The notes below the pieces were generated by a model. The model was not told the DNA's origin, did no database searches, and saw only the letters and a list, made by a program, of their open reading frames with translations. 64,000 bases of DNA, taken from Candidatus Eutrophomonas brisbanensis. Its GTDB lineage: Bacteria > Pseudomonadota > Gammaproteobacteria > Burkholderiales > Eutrophovitaceae. The stretch spans positions 327,135 through 391,134 of the forward strand of contig JAYQIQ010000004.1 of the NCBI GenBank assembly GCA_038141705.1. The letters are read 5' to 3'. The translations under genes and the position numbers were made by a program. Positions within the stretch are counted from its first letter, which is position 1; the number at the start of each line of letters is the position of its first letter. Shown here in pieces: positions 52,567 through 62,386 of the stretch.

Positions 52567-53640
52567 TTACTCTGCGTTACCCTCCACTGGATAGCCACCG
52601 TCGCGCCATCGTAACATCCCACCAGAGAGATTCGCGACCTGAGTAAATCCAGCCTTTTGTAAGTGCATCACCGCTTGAGCAGAGCGAGCCCCCGATCGAC
52701 AAACCGTAACCACTGGCTTGTCTCGATTCAACTCAACGCTTCTATCCAATAAAGAGTCGAGTGGAATTAACAATGCGTTAGGGATATGACCCAAAGCTCC
52801 CTCATACTCTTGCTGCTCACGTACATCTACGATTTGCACTCTACTCAAACTCTCCTCTAACTCAGGGGGCTCAATCTCCCAAATGCCAGCAAAAGTAAAT
52901 TTTAAGCTCGCCCAATGTTGAGTATTCTCCGCGGCAATATCACCATCTGGTTTTCCACATTTAAGATTGGCTGGAAGCGCTCGATCGATTTGTTTCGGAT
53001 GCGGTAACTTGAGATTTTTCATATACCCTGAGAAATCCTCTGGGTTTATGTTGCCCCCCAATCTAGGGTTAAAACGTTTTTCTTCGGCAACACTCGTGAC
53101 AGTAAGACCACGGTAGTCATGTCCTGGATACAACAAACATGCATCCGGTAACGAAAATATCTGCGAGTGAACGGACTCATACATCATGTGAGGACTTCCC
53201 TGCTGAAAGTCAGTTCGACCGCTTCCACGAATGAGCAATACATCTCCAGTAAAGGCGATACTGTGATCCTCAAGGACGAACGTTACACATCCATCTGTGT
53301 GTCCAGGCGTTGAACGAACCTCCAATGTTTGATCGCCAAACACCACGGCATCTCCTGTCTTAACATATCTATCTGCGCCTTCGGCGCCGCTGCTGGCGGA
53401 GAGAATAATCTCACTTCCCAGTTTTTGTTTTAGTAACCAAGCGCTCGTCACATGATCCGCATGCACATGGGTTTCAAGCGTCGCAAGCAACTTCAAGTCC
53501 AACTCATTGATCAAAGCAATATCACGCATTGCTTGCTCAAAAACCGGATCTATGAGCACACATTCCCTCGTTTTTTCATCAGCCAACAAGTAAGTGTAAG
53601 TCGAGGAACTTGGATCGAATAATTGTCTAAAAATCAGCAT
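52567..53640 (-). CDS. persulfide dioxygenase (ETHE1-like MBL fold) fused to a C-terminal rhodanese domain
   Basis: 357-aa [15 protein letters not shown]...LIDPV...[11 protein letters not shown]...[11 protein letters not shown], then a rhodanese domain with active-site loop [10 protein letters not shown]. Confidence 0.8.
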   Translation of the reverse strand: MLIFRQLFDPSSSTYTYLLADEKTRECVLIDPVFEQAMRDIALINELDLKLLATLETHVHADHVTSAWLLKQKLGSEIILSASSGAEGADRYVKTGDAVVFGDQTLEVRSTPGHTDGCVTFVLEDHSIAFTGDVLLIRGSGRTDFQQGSPHMMYESVHSQIFSLPDACLLYPGHDYRGLTVTSVAEEKRFNPRLGGNINPEDFSGYMKNLKLPHPKQIDRALPANLKCGKPDGDIAAENTQHWASLKFTFAGIWEIEPPELEESLSRVQIVDVREQQEYEGALGHIPNALLIPLDSLLDRSVELNRDKPVVTVCRSGARSAQAVMHLQKAGFTQVANLSGGMLRWRDGGYPVEGNAE

Positions 53641-53697
53641 TAAAAACCCTTACACGTTAAATCTATAAACGGAATTATATCCTGCCCTTGAGATCCC

Positions 53698-54753
53698 TCA
53701 TTTGGAATTTTTTTGAACGATATCTACGAATTTATTGGTATACGTTTTTTTGATATCAATCGAAGATTGCGACAAATTATTAAATCGCGCTAAAGCTCTG
53801 AGCGCTGCTTCAGCAACACCAGCCTCGAACCTCCCATCGAGCGAAAAACTTAAGCGCTGACGATCCAGCGCCATGCTAAATAACTTAGGATCTCCCATGA
53901 GGTTCTTCTCGGGAAGCACTGCCATGATCTCCTCATTTGTCGAAGCGGATATCCACCTCAGGGACTTAACGATCGCGCGCGTCAGTCGCGTAACAGTTTC
54001 CGGATTCTTCTCAATCCACTTGGTTGTCGCGTAAAGACTCGCTGACGGAATTGCTGCTCCGTAAACCTTTTGAGATCCAGCCGCAGTCATAGTCTCGACG
54101 ACCTCTCGAGCTAGCCCATCGCGCTCCAGTATCGATACAACCGGCTCTATATTAGCTAAGGCATCAATGTGTCCTGCAGAGATTGCGGCTATCGCACTTT
54201 GCCCAGTACCTACACCGATGATCGATACTTGATTCGTATTGAGATTGACGCTCGCTAAAAGCGCGTTCACAAACATATTTGTCGATGATCCAGGTGCAGT
54301 TACACCTATCTTCCAACCCTTCAGAACGCTTGGGCCACTCCACTCAGCTTCACGTTTTTTTGCGACAACCAATGAGATTGCAGGGGTTCGTCCTTGCACG
54401 ACGAACGCAGTCAAAAATTGACCTCGGGCTTGCATCATAATGGTGTGATCGAAACCACCAGACACCACATCCGCGCTTCCGCCAATCATGGCCTGCAATG
54501 CTTTTGAACCTCCCGGAAAGTCAAGAATCGATACATCAAGCCCCTCCTCCTTAAAAAAACCTTTACGCTCTGCAACGGTAAGCGGTAGGTAGTAAAGCGT
54601 TGCTTTGCCCCCCACCGCAATTGTCACCCTCGTACTCTCGGCTAGAGAAACACCTGGAATAAAAGGCATAGCACTCAAGAGCATTGCTAACCCAACGCAG
54701 TATTTACAAAAGATAGAAACAGACATCATTCTTATTTTCATATTTTCACCCAC
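53698..54753 (-). CDS. periplasmic binding protein, NMT1/THI5 (nitrate/sulfonate/bicarbonate ABC) type
   Basis: 351-aa ORF with a signal peptide, then VTIAVGGKATLYYLPLTVAERKGFFKEEGLDVSILDFPGGSKALQAMIGGSADV. No permease or ATPase gene is adjacent. The start codon is uncertain among M1, M5 and M9. Confidence 0.75.
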   Translation of the reverse strand: MGENMKIRMMSVSIFCKYCVGLAMLLSAMPFIPGVSLAESTRVTIAVGGKATLYYLPLTVAERKGFFKEEGLDVSILDFPGGSKALQAMIGGSADVVSGGFDHTIMMQARGQFLTAFVVQGRTPAISLVVAKKREAEWSGPSVLKGWKIGVTAPGSSTNMFVNALLASVNLNTNQVSIIGVGTGQSAIAAISAGHIDALANIEPVVSILERDGLAREVVETMTAAGSQKVYGAAIPSASLYATTKWIEKNPETVTRLTRAIVKSLRWISASTNEEIMAVLPEKNLMGDPKLFSMALDRQRLSFSLDGRFEAGVAEAALRALARFNNLSQSSIDIKKTYTNKFVDIVQKNSK

Positions 54754-54771
54754 AAAAAAGATGCTTTCCGA

Positions 54772-55446
54772 TCAACGCCTGCCCGACTGATTGGCGATGG
54801 ATTCTTTCTGAGCATCTGTCAGATAGTTGCTATTGCAAAGAAATAAGTCAAGCAAACAGGCCTGAAAATTTTGCTTTAGCTGATGCGCTTGATAGATCTC
54901 TTGTTGCAAGGGATTTAGATCATGAAGATTACAGGGCAAGAGCGTTCCTACAGTGGCCAAACAACTCTTAAAATTTCGCTCATGATATTTCTCCCGCATC
55001 TCTAATTTCTCATTCGCAGAAAGTAAACTCGTCCTACATTCTTGAGATCCAGCCATACACAGTTCTCGATTGCGTTTGAATTGATTATCCTCTACGAGAA
55101 TTCTCTGATCAGGAGATAAAAAATCGAATCGACAGTTAGTGGACCCACTCAAACACTGAGTAAGATTTATCGTTGAAAGCGCCTCATCTACTCGCACCCG
55201 CTCTGCGTGGCTTAATCGGTCTTTGTTACAACTAGCGCCTCGCATGCAAGCATTTAGGTGATCAGTATGTAATGCCTCAAGAACAATATTTTTTTCAGGC
55301 TCGCTCAATAAGTCATATTGGCACGCGGTATTCCCAGCGATGCAGAGCGATAAATTACTTTCGGTTTGCACATCAGGCGCTGCGGATACATTCCCCAGAA
55401 AAAACTGACAAAACCCAAAACATAATCCCCAGAGCCAAGGCGACAT
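54772..55446 (-). CDS. exported protein made of six Cys-pair repeats (no family recognised)
   Basis: Start at ATG 55446 gives the signal peptide MSPWLWGLCFGFCQFFLGNVSAA. The mature part consists of six ~32-aa units, each with two Cys. It lies 13 nt downstream of the thioesterase. Confidence 0.6.
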   Translation of the reverse strand: MSPWLWGLCFGFCQFFLGNVSAAPDVQTESNLSLCIAGNTACQYDLLSEPEKNIVLEALHTDHLNACMRGASCNKDRLSHAERVRVDEALSTINLTQCLSGSTNCRFDFLSPDQRILVEDNQFKRNRELCMAGSQECRTSLLSANEKLEMREKYHERNFKSCLATVGTLLPCNLHDLNPLQQEIYQAHQLKQNFQACLLDLFLCNSNYLTDAQKESIANQSGRR

Positions 55447-55459
55447 TGGTTGCCCCACA

Positions 55460-55867
55460 CTAGTTAACGTATATCTCCAACGCACCCCGCAAATCATCAG
55501 GAATTGGTGCGGGTCTTTTACTATTCAGGTCAGTGAGGACAATAACGGTTTTCGCTCGCATCCTCTCATCTCCTTCGGGGCCAGTTATCACGTATGTTAG
55601 TGTTAGTGACGAACGCCCTATCTTTTCAATCGAAATATTGACATTGATCATCTCACCGTAGCGAGTTGGAGCTATAAAATCCGTCTCTAAACGTGCCATA
55701 GGCCACCCCAACTTCAAGTCATTTATGAAATGATGTTGCGGAAACCCAATATGAATTAAAAAATCCTCTTTCGCCTCGCTACAAATGTAGAAATACTGCG
55801 GATAAAAAACAATACCAAATGGATCGCAATTAGAAAACTGAACTAATTTTTTTACCGAATATTTCAC
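55460..55867 (-). CDS. acyl-CoA thioesterase, 4HBT-type hotdog fold
   Basis: 135-aa ORF. VQFSNCDPFGIVFYPQYFYI... and the hotdog core are collinear with the 1058-1507 paralogue family. Confidence 0.75.
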   Translation of the reverse strand: MKYSVKKLVQFSNCDPFGIVFYPQYFYICSEAKEDFLIHIGFPQHHFINDLKLGWPMARLETDFIAPTRYGEMINVNISIEKIGRSSLTLTYVITGPEGDERMRAKTVIVLTDLNSKRPAPIPDDLRGALEIYVN

Positions 55868-55969
55868 GAGACACCACCTCTGCTGGGTTTAGTTTCACCT
55901 GTACGAGGAACAGTGTACCAATTAAACCCGCTGGCCGAGCACCTCACCGAGAATCATAATCAGTTAAGC

Positions 55970-56947
55970 TTACAAAGCCCCGCCACCCCCAGAATCAGAT
56001 CTCCCCTTCATTAAACTCCTCATCAAAACTGCAAGCTCGATGGCGCGATCCGCTTTTAGAACTAAATTAGAACCAGAGCTCACGATAGAGGATAGGGTTG
56101 ATAAAACTTCAAGACTATCAACGGTACTGCTCATGTGATTCGTAGATGATCTTTCATCAAAAAGAGCATTTCGTATTTTTCCCATCAATCGACTACCCCA
56201 CATTCTCCGCACGGATTGGTCGATCCAACGATTTATTTCCTGAGCTGAAAAAACGTACCCCCTCCAATCCTTCAGAGTCCGCCGCTCCTTCACCGCCATC
56301 TCAACCGCTCGCAAAAACTGGGAGGCAATGTTTTCTTCCCTAGAAGGAATCTTATGAGCAAGACTCGCCGTTAACTCACTTATACCCACCGGAAAAATCG
56401 ACCCACCATCCTCCGATTGCCAAACAGCCACGAACCGGGCGCGTCCATTTCTCATGTCATTAATAAATATCATTTTGAGGATAAATCTGCCTAGCAGGCC
56501 AAGATCGAGGTCATATGTCGCAGGAAAACTCAATGTCAATTTCATGACGGCGCCATAACTATTCAACTCAAATTCTGTATCAATATCATCAGGGTCGAGT
56601 CTGATAATCGGCAATGTCTCGAGCACTAAATCTACAATGCGCTGGTGAGACAGTATTTTTTTTCCACGTAAGACTTGAATTTCGGAACTTAGCGTACTGT
56701 TTTTTCGATCCGAGCTAGGGATCAATAAATCGCGATGTAATTTTTTAGAAATACGATTGTTATCATCAATGTTCTCAGGAGGGACCGCTCTGCGCTCAAA
56801 ATTAGGAATACGATCGATGAGACCGCTCAAATTTCCATCGAAACACTTACGTGTTCGATTGGACTTATCAAATTGATCCCTTGCATGGACCACATGACCG
56901 AGTGAACTACTTGAGTCAGAAAAAGAAGAGAAAGAAAGTTGCTCCAT
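55970..56947 (-). CDS. hypothetical protein, no recognisable domain
   Basis: Long uninterrupted ORF (to 57013). I prefer the ATG at 56945-56947 because it has GGAGG 5 nt upstream. It has a Ser-rich N-terminus, a beta-rich centre, a helical C-terminal third and a GGGGAL tail. Confidence 0.55.
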   Translation of the reverse strand: MEQLSFSSFSDSSSSLGHVVHARDQFDKSNRTRKCFDGNLSGLIDRIPNFERRAVPPENIDDNNRISKKLHRDLLIPSSDRKNSTLSSEIQVLRGKKILSHQRIVDLVLETLPIIRLDPDDIDTEFELNSYGAVMKLTLSFPATYDLDLGLLGRFILKMIFINDMRNGRARFVAVWQSEDGGSIFPVGISELTASLAHKIPSREENIASQFLRAVEMAVKERRTLKDWRGYVFSAQEINRWIDQSVRRMWGSRLMGKIRNALFDERSSTNHMSSTVDSLEVLSTLSSIVSSGSNLVLKADRAIELAVLMRSLMKGRSDSGGGGAL

Positions 56948-57052
56948 GACTACCTCCTGTATCGATTTGTTGGAGGTAGTATGCAATTGGTACTGGCTCA
57001 TAGGATGAGCCACCGAGGAACATATCTAAACTTTTTTATATAATCAAATCAA

Positions 57053-58023
57053 TTACTTGGTATAAATATTCATATTTTTACTCAGCTCATTTGATACTCG
57101 AGCCCTCAATTCTGGCGGGGAAAGCACCTCCACATCCGCTCCATACTTCAGTATATCCATAAGTAGTTCTGGCTCCTGCGTATACGGTACTTTTAAGACA
57201 AAAGCCCCATCATCTTCGTAGTAACTCTCTTGATTTGGGTGCCACTGTTCCTGAGATACCCACATGGCTCTTTTTTGATTAAATTTAAGGGTAGCCCACT
57301 TGAGATCCTTTCCCGAAAATATTCCGTATCCAGCTCCCAAAACCTCATCGAGTTCATCTTTTGTACGATCGACTGCAATCTTTTCTAGCAAAGTCACTTT
57401 ACGAACTGCGTCAAGGGCGAAGCTACGTACCCCCTCGACCATATGACACCAGGCATCTACGTACCAGTTATCGCGATAGTAAACCAACCGCTGCGGAGAA
57501 ATCTCACGTTGAGTTTCTTCATTACGTGATCGCACAAAATAACTAATATCCAACCGGCTGCGGCTCATGACTGCTAACGCGACCGATTCAAAACAGTGGA
57601 TTCGATGGCTTCTGGAACCCATATTCAAAATCTTAATACGCTCTCGAATAGATTGCGCCGAATAATCACCGAGCTCAATTAAAGTCTCGAGTTTTTCTTT
57701 GAGAGGCTGTAAACGACTTCCTAATAAGCCCGGTTGCATTTGCGCAAGTAGGCTCTCCATAGAGAGAAGCGCCAAAATCTCAGATTGGTTGAACCAGATT
57801 CCAGGCAACTCGTAGGGTATCGTCTGCGAGGAGGTAGTGAGGGTGTAGCCCCTAAGTCTCTGTCGTACTCAATCGGAGCATTCAGTCGATCTCTGAGGTA
57901 CTCTAGATCACGCTTGAAAGTCGCTCTAGAGACCGAAAGTTCATCTAGGAATGTCTCCAGTGAGACAACTCGATTATGACGAAGCAATCGATCAATTTTA
58001 TAAAAACGCTCGGTCCGATCCAT
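57053..58023 (-). pseudogene. HTH-WYL-WCX (YafY-like) transcriptional regulator, frameshifted in this sequence
   Basis: N-terminal HTH MDRTERFYKIDRLLRHNRVVSLETFLDELSVSRATFKRDLEYLRD. One extra base in the C4 run at 57849-57852 joins ...YDRDLGGYTLTTSSQTIPYELPGIWFNQSEILALL... to the WYL core (SPQRLVYYRDNWYVDAWCH). Confidence 0.8.
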
Positions 58024-58041
58024 TGGTATCTCTATAGGACT

Positions 58042-60143
58042 TTATCGATCAAATAATTCCATGACCTCTTTGACCGAGAGAATCTCCGTAAGTATCACAG
58101 GTGTCGTTACGCCGGCAGGATAAAAAACGTAAAGGGGTATTCCCGTTCTGCCGTAGCGCTGCAACTCCTTCGCGATGTCAGGATCTCGCGACGTCCAGTC
58201 GGCCTTTAGCAAGACCACCTCATGCTCAAGAAAAGTCTGCTCAACAATATCTCTACCGAGCACGACCCTTTCATTCACTTGACAGGTAATACACCAAGCA
58301 GCGGTGAAATCGATAAACACCGGCTTTCCAGATCGTAGCGCCTCCCTCTCATCCTCAACTGACCACTTATTCCACAACGAGAACTCTTCATCTACAGCGG
58401 AATCTTTTTGAGTTATTCCGTACGTAAAAACGGCAGACGACACGCAAATCAATACAAAAATAACAACCAGAAATTGCCAACCTCGGGAATTTTTGTGTGA
58501 GGAAAATTGTATTTTTCCAAAAAACCAGAGCGCAAACCCAAGCGTGGCAAGACTTGTCAGTAACCCAAGCACTGCATCGACATTGGTTTGTTTGCCAAAA
58601 ACCCAGACAAGCCAAAGCACAGTCAAAAATAGAGGCACACTCAAAACATGTTTAAAACTCAACATCCAAGCGCCAGGCTTAGGAAAAACTCGAGCAATCT
58701 GAGGCGTCGATGCAATTAACACATAAGGAAATGCCATTCCAGCTGCGAGGGATGTAAACACTAAAGCCGATACCCAACTTGACTGGGTTAGCGAAAAACC
58801 CATAGCAGCACCCATGAAGGGGGCCGTACAAGGCGTAGCAACAATGACAGCTAAGACTCCACTTAGAAAACTTGAGACAGCGGTATTTGAATTACGATAT
58901 CCGCTACCGATTGATTGAAGCCTCATCCCTATCTCGAAGAGTCCAGCCATATTCAGAGAGATCACAAAAAACAGAATTGCCAAAATAAATACAAAAGTCG
59001 GCGACTGTAATTGGAATCCCCAACCAACCTGATGACCAAGTGTTTGCAAGATGATCAACGCAGCTCCGAGCACCCAGAACGCGACAAATACCCCTAGCGC
59101 AAATAGCAACGAATCCAATTGTCTACGCCCAGTAACCTCGCTATGGCTCGACATCATGGAGGTGACCTTCAAAGCAAGAATGGGAAAAACGCAAGGCATA
59201 GCATTCAATATGATTCCGCCAAGAAATCCCATCAATACAACGGCAAGCAATCCAAGCTCAATCGAATTATTAGCAGGAAGACTATCGGGGAACGCTAAGT
59301 GATCGACAACAACCGGCTGCAAAGAAATATCGTAAGCCTTAGCTAACGCGAGGTCATTTCCATCTATGACGAGAGTACCAGAAAACAATTTTTTGCCTTC
59401 GTAGAAGTCCGACAAAATTCCACTCAAGACCGCGCCATCGGGACTAGCACTCAATACTTGCGATACTCCGGCATTGATCAAGTCCGCCTCTTCTGGGAAA
59501 AATTCTGCCCGACTGATACCCGACTGATTACCAAGCGTCAACGCCCAACGCCCGCCGCTATCAATTTGCGATACAAATTTTTGAGATGCACTCTCGAGGG
59601 AACTTTGTCGAATTCTCCTGCTATCACCCCAAACCAGCCAGATTGGATTGCCCCCTCACCAATTTTCAAAGAGATTGATAACGATGCATTTCCTGGAATA
59701 CAAATATCCTTACAAACTAACCAAGATGCGTCTGCAAGAATCGTGAAAGCCCCATACTGATCCGTTATAACTTTCGCAGGAATGGGTAAAACCACCTCAC
59801 CTTCATACCCATAATTGACAAGGTCACCCAATTTGAAACGGTGGGGGTATGGCCATTGAATTCCTCCAACCTCAAAGGCACTAGGTAGAACAAAACTAAT
59901 ATCCGTAGCAAGTCCTGCATCGCCAGGATTTTTCCAGTAGGTGTGCCATCCATCTTCGGCACTAAGCCGTAGCCCCAGATTAAATTCCTGACCTGGGGTA
60001 AGAACGAGGTGATCTGCAATGAGCTCAACTTCGATGTGGTCCTTCTGGACAATCTTCGCAAGAGCCGTATTAGTCAGACATATTGAAAGGGTCGCTACTG
60101 CGACTAACCAAGCTTTATAAAAAGCTAACCTAGGTAAATTCAT
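58042..60143 (-). pseudogene. DsbD-family thiol:disulfide reductase (DsbC-like N-domain, CcdA-type membrane core, C-terminal thioredoxin), frameshifted in this sequence
   Basis: ORFs 59538-60143 (signal peptide, HTYWKNPGDAG, LVCKDICIPG) and 58042-59541 (membrane core with NAMPCVFPIL and ATPCTAPFMG, C-terminal FTAAWCITCQ). The joint is most likely at G3 59598-59600 (alternatively 59651-59655). Confidence 0.8.
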
Positions 60144-60234
60144 AAACCCAAGTATATTAGGAAACCATTCTCCTTGGATAAAGATGGCTTGCTAGCACGT
60201 CGTCTAGTTAGGGGTTATTACTAACCCAACCACC

Positions 60235-60630
60235 CTACTCTGGCACGCGGGTGGATTGCCAGGAGACAAACTCTAGTTTACCACCTCGCTTGACCCAAAC
60301 GGAGTGAAAGAGCATATCGAGATTCCTTCTAGCACCTCGCGATATCACCTGATAGTTTGCCCGTCCTGTGATAATTCCCGTGTTACCAAAAATTCGTACT
60401 TTTGTATTCGCTCGCTCCATGTCCTCGTAAACCAATTTTTCAGATTCTAAGGAAGCGATGAACGATGCTTTTGTATCAATGACTGTACTCGAATGGAAAT
60501 ATATAAGATCCTTGGCGAGAAGCTCCTCTAGCGCATCGAGATCGCAATTCAATTGAGCCTCATAACGCTCATCCTCTGCATTTAAAACTTCTGAAGCCAC
60601 CAAACTATCAACGCCTTTGTCTTTAGACAT
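60235..60630 (-). CDS. SnoaL-like/DUF4440 (NTF2-fold) protein
   Basis: From ATG 60630: MSKDKGVDSL...ERYEAQLNCDLDALEELLAKDLIYFHSS...GRANYQV...HSVWVKRGGKLEFVSWQST. Confidence 0.65.
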   Translation of the reverse strand: MSKDKGVDSLVASEVLNAEDERYEAQLNCDLDALEELLAKDLIYFHSSTVIDTKASFIASLESEKLVYEDMERANTKVRIFGNTGIITGRANYQVISRGARRNLDMLFHSVWVKRGGKLEFVSWQSTRVPE

Positions 60631-60802
60631 AACACAATCTCCAAAATGCGAGACGCAACAAATAGTAGTTTTTTCGCCAGCTAACAATGAAGTGGCGACT
60701 AGAAATGATCAATTTTGGATTTAACTCTCGATCCAAGTAACTTGTCAATCAAAAATTAACTCTGATGTAATATCTGGCTTAACTAGATAATTTGATCGAC
60801 CT

Positions 60803-61615
60803 ATGAAGTCAAATCCGATTTTCGTAAGCCTCGCTGATTTAGCGCAATTGATATCTGACGGAGACAAGATCGCCATCCCAAAAGATACGTCTGGCGTAGC
60901 GATGTCTGCCACAAAAGAACTCGTCAAAAGACGCCCAAAAAACCTTCACCTAGTGTGCGTGCCAATCGGCGGTATTCAGGCGGATATACTTATTGGAGCC
61001 GGTCTCGTCAGCACAGTGGAATCTTCCGCGATAACTCTCGGAGAATACGGCATTGGTCCACGTTTCTCGCAGTTATTAAAAAATAACGAAATAAAGATGC
61101 TGGATTCAACGTGTCCGGCAATTTATGCAGGTCTACAAGCGTCGGAAAAAGGAATCCCGTTCATCCCATTGAGAGGCATTATTGGATCGGACCTTCTCGA
61201 GAACCGCTCCGATTGGAAAGTGGGGGAAAAATCCGTTCTCCGAGGATGACCCGATAGTTTTTTAAAAGCCATCAGACCGGATGTTTGTTTATTTCACGCC
61301 CACTCTGCTGATAAATATGGGAATGTCTTCGTTGGAAGAAATCGAGACCTCATTACGCTAGCACACGCTTCGGCTCGCACTTTAATCACCGTTGAAAAAA
61401 TTATTGATGATGACTTCCTTAGCGATAACTTAAGAGCAGGCGCAACATTGCCCGCGATTTATACTAGCGCGATATCGGTTGCCGAGCGAGGAGCAGAACC
61501 ACTGGCGTTTGGCGAAGATTATCCAGAAGACCAAGAATTTCTGACGAAGTACTCAATTGCTGCGAAAACGCAATCGGGTTTTGAAAAATTTATTTCAAGC
61601 TGGTTATCAGCGTGA
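60803..61615 (+). pseudogene. family I CoA-transferase subunit A (glutaconate-CoA-transferase-like), two compensating frameshifts in this sequence
   Basis: ORF 60803-61249 stops after ...DWKVGEK. Reading with minus one base at A5 61227-61231 and plus one base at T6 61258-61263 gives ...GENPFSEDDPIVFLKAIRPDVCLFHAHSADKYGNVF... It ends at the TGA at 61613-61615, overlapping the subunit B start (GTGA). Confidence 0.8.
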
Positions 61616-62364
61616 ATCAAGCTCTGAGCTCGAAGTCCAGGATTGAGCTTTTAATCGCAAGCATCGCACGATCACTAGAGGGTTGTCAGCATGTGGCAGT
61701 TGGCGCTTCGTCCCCAATTCCAGGAGCAGGAGCGTTACTCGCAAAACATTTATCGAAAAACACAATGCACGTTTCGATCCTCGGATCAGAGCGTCACAAT
61801 TTTTTTACGGACGGCGGTGTCGAGCTCTTTGATTTGGCTGCCCAGGGAAGAATAGATGCGTTCTTTTTAGGGGGCGGACAAATTGACGGCGCAGGAAATA
61901 TTAACTTAGTCGGCACAGGCGACACGTACCCGCAACATACCGTGAGGTGGCCCGGTTCATTTGGCTCCGCCTACATGTATTACCTAGTACCAAGAGTCAT
62001 CCTATTCCGAGAGGAGCATTCGCGGCGAGTTTTTGTCCCGAAGGTTGATTTCATTAGTAGCCCTGGGTCAAGCGGTCACAATATCTATCGCCGAGGTGGC
62101 CCGATTTCACTACTCACGAATCTATGTATTTTTAGCTTCAATAAAGATACGAGTAAATTTCGATTGGAAAGTCTGCACCCTGGCGTTGGCCTCGAGGAGG
62201 TGCTGGATAACACGGGATTTAGCTTTACTCATCCAAAAAAAATACCCGTAACGGAGCTTCCCAGCCACGAGATGATGAATACGATCCAAAGTTTGATTCA
62301 AGATCAACTATCTGAGATTTATCCAATTTTTGCAAAGAGGATGGCAGCATTCCAAGAGAGTTAA
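61612..62364 (+). CDS. family I CoA-transferase subunit B
   Basis: 250-aa ORF with VAVGASSPIPGAGALLA, GGGQIDGAGNINL and GSFGSAY. It is translationally coupled to subunit A. Confidence 0.8.
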   Translation: MNQALSSKSRIELLIASIARSLEGCQHVAVGASSPIPGAGALLAKHLSKNTMHVSILGSERHNFFTDGGVELFDLAAQGRIDAFFLGGGQIDGAGNINLVGTGDTYPQHTVRWPGSFGSAYMYYLVPRVILFREEHSRRVFVPKVDFISSPGSSGHNIYRRGGPISLLTNLCIFSFNKDTSKFRLESLHPGVGLEEVLDNTGFSFTHPKKIPVTELPSHEMMNTIQSLIQDQLSEIYPIFAKRMAAFQES

Positions 62365-62386
62365 TGTGTAAGCGAACAGGCAGATT

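Noticed and set aside
55868-55969. A 7-bp stem, gggttta...taaaccc, enclosing about 30 nt in the 102-nt gap between the orphan gene and the thioesterase.
   Set aside because: The loop is long, there is no U-tract and I could find no convincing nested structure. It cannot be distinguished from chance pairing without transcript data.
55970-57013. A possible distant DUF932-like identity for the orphan protein, based on IFINDMRNGRARFVAVWQSEDGG versus the NSHDGS...R.VC.NG core of that family.
   Set aside because: The resemblance rests on two or three residues recalled from memory, and the surrounding conserved positions do not line up. I leave it as an unassigned hypothetical.
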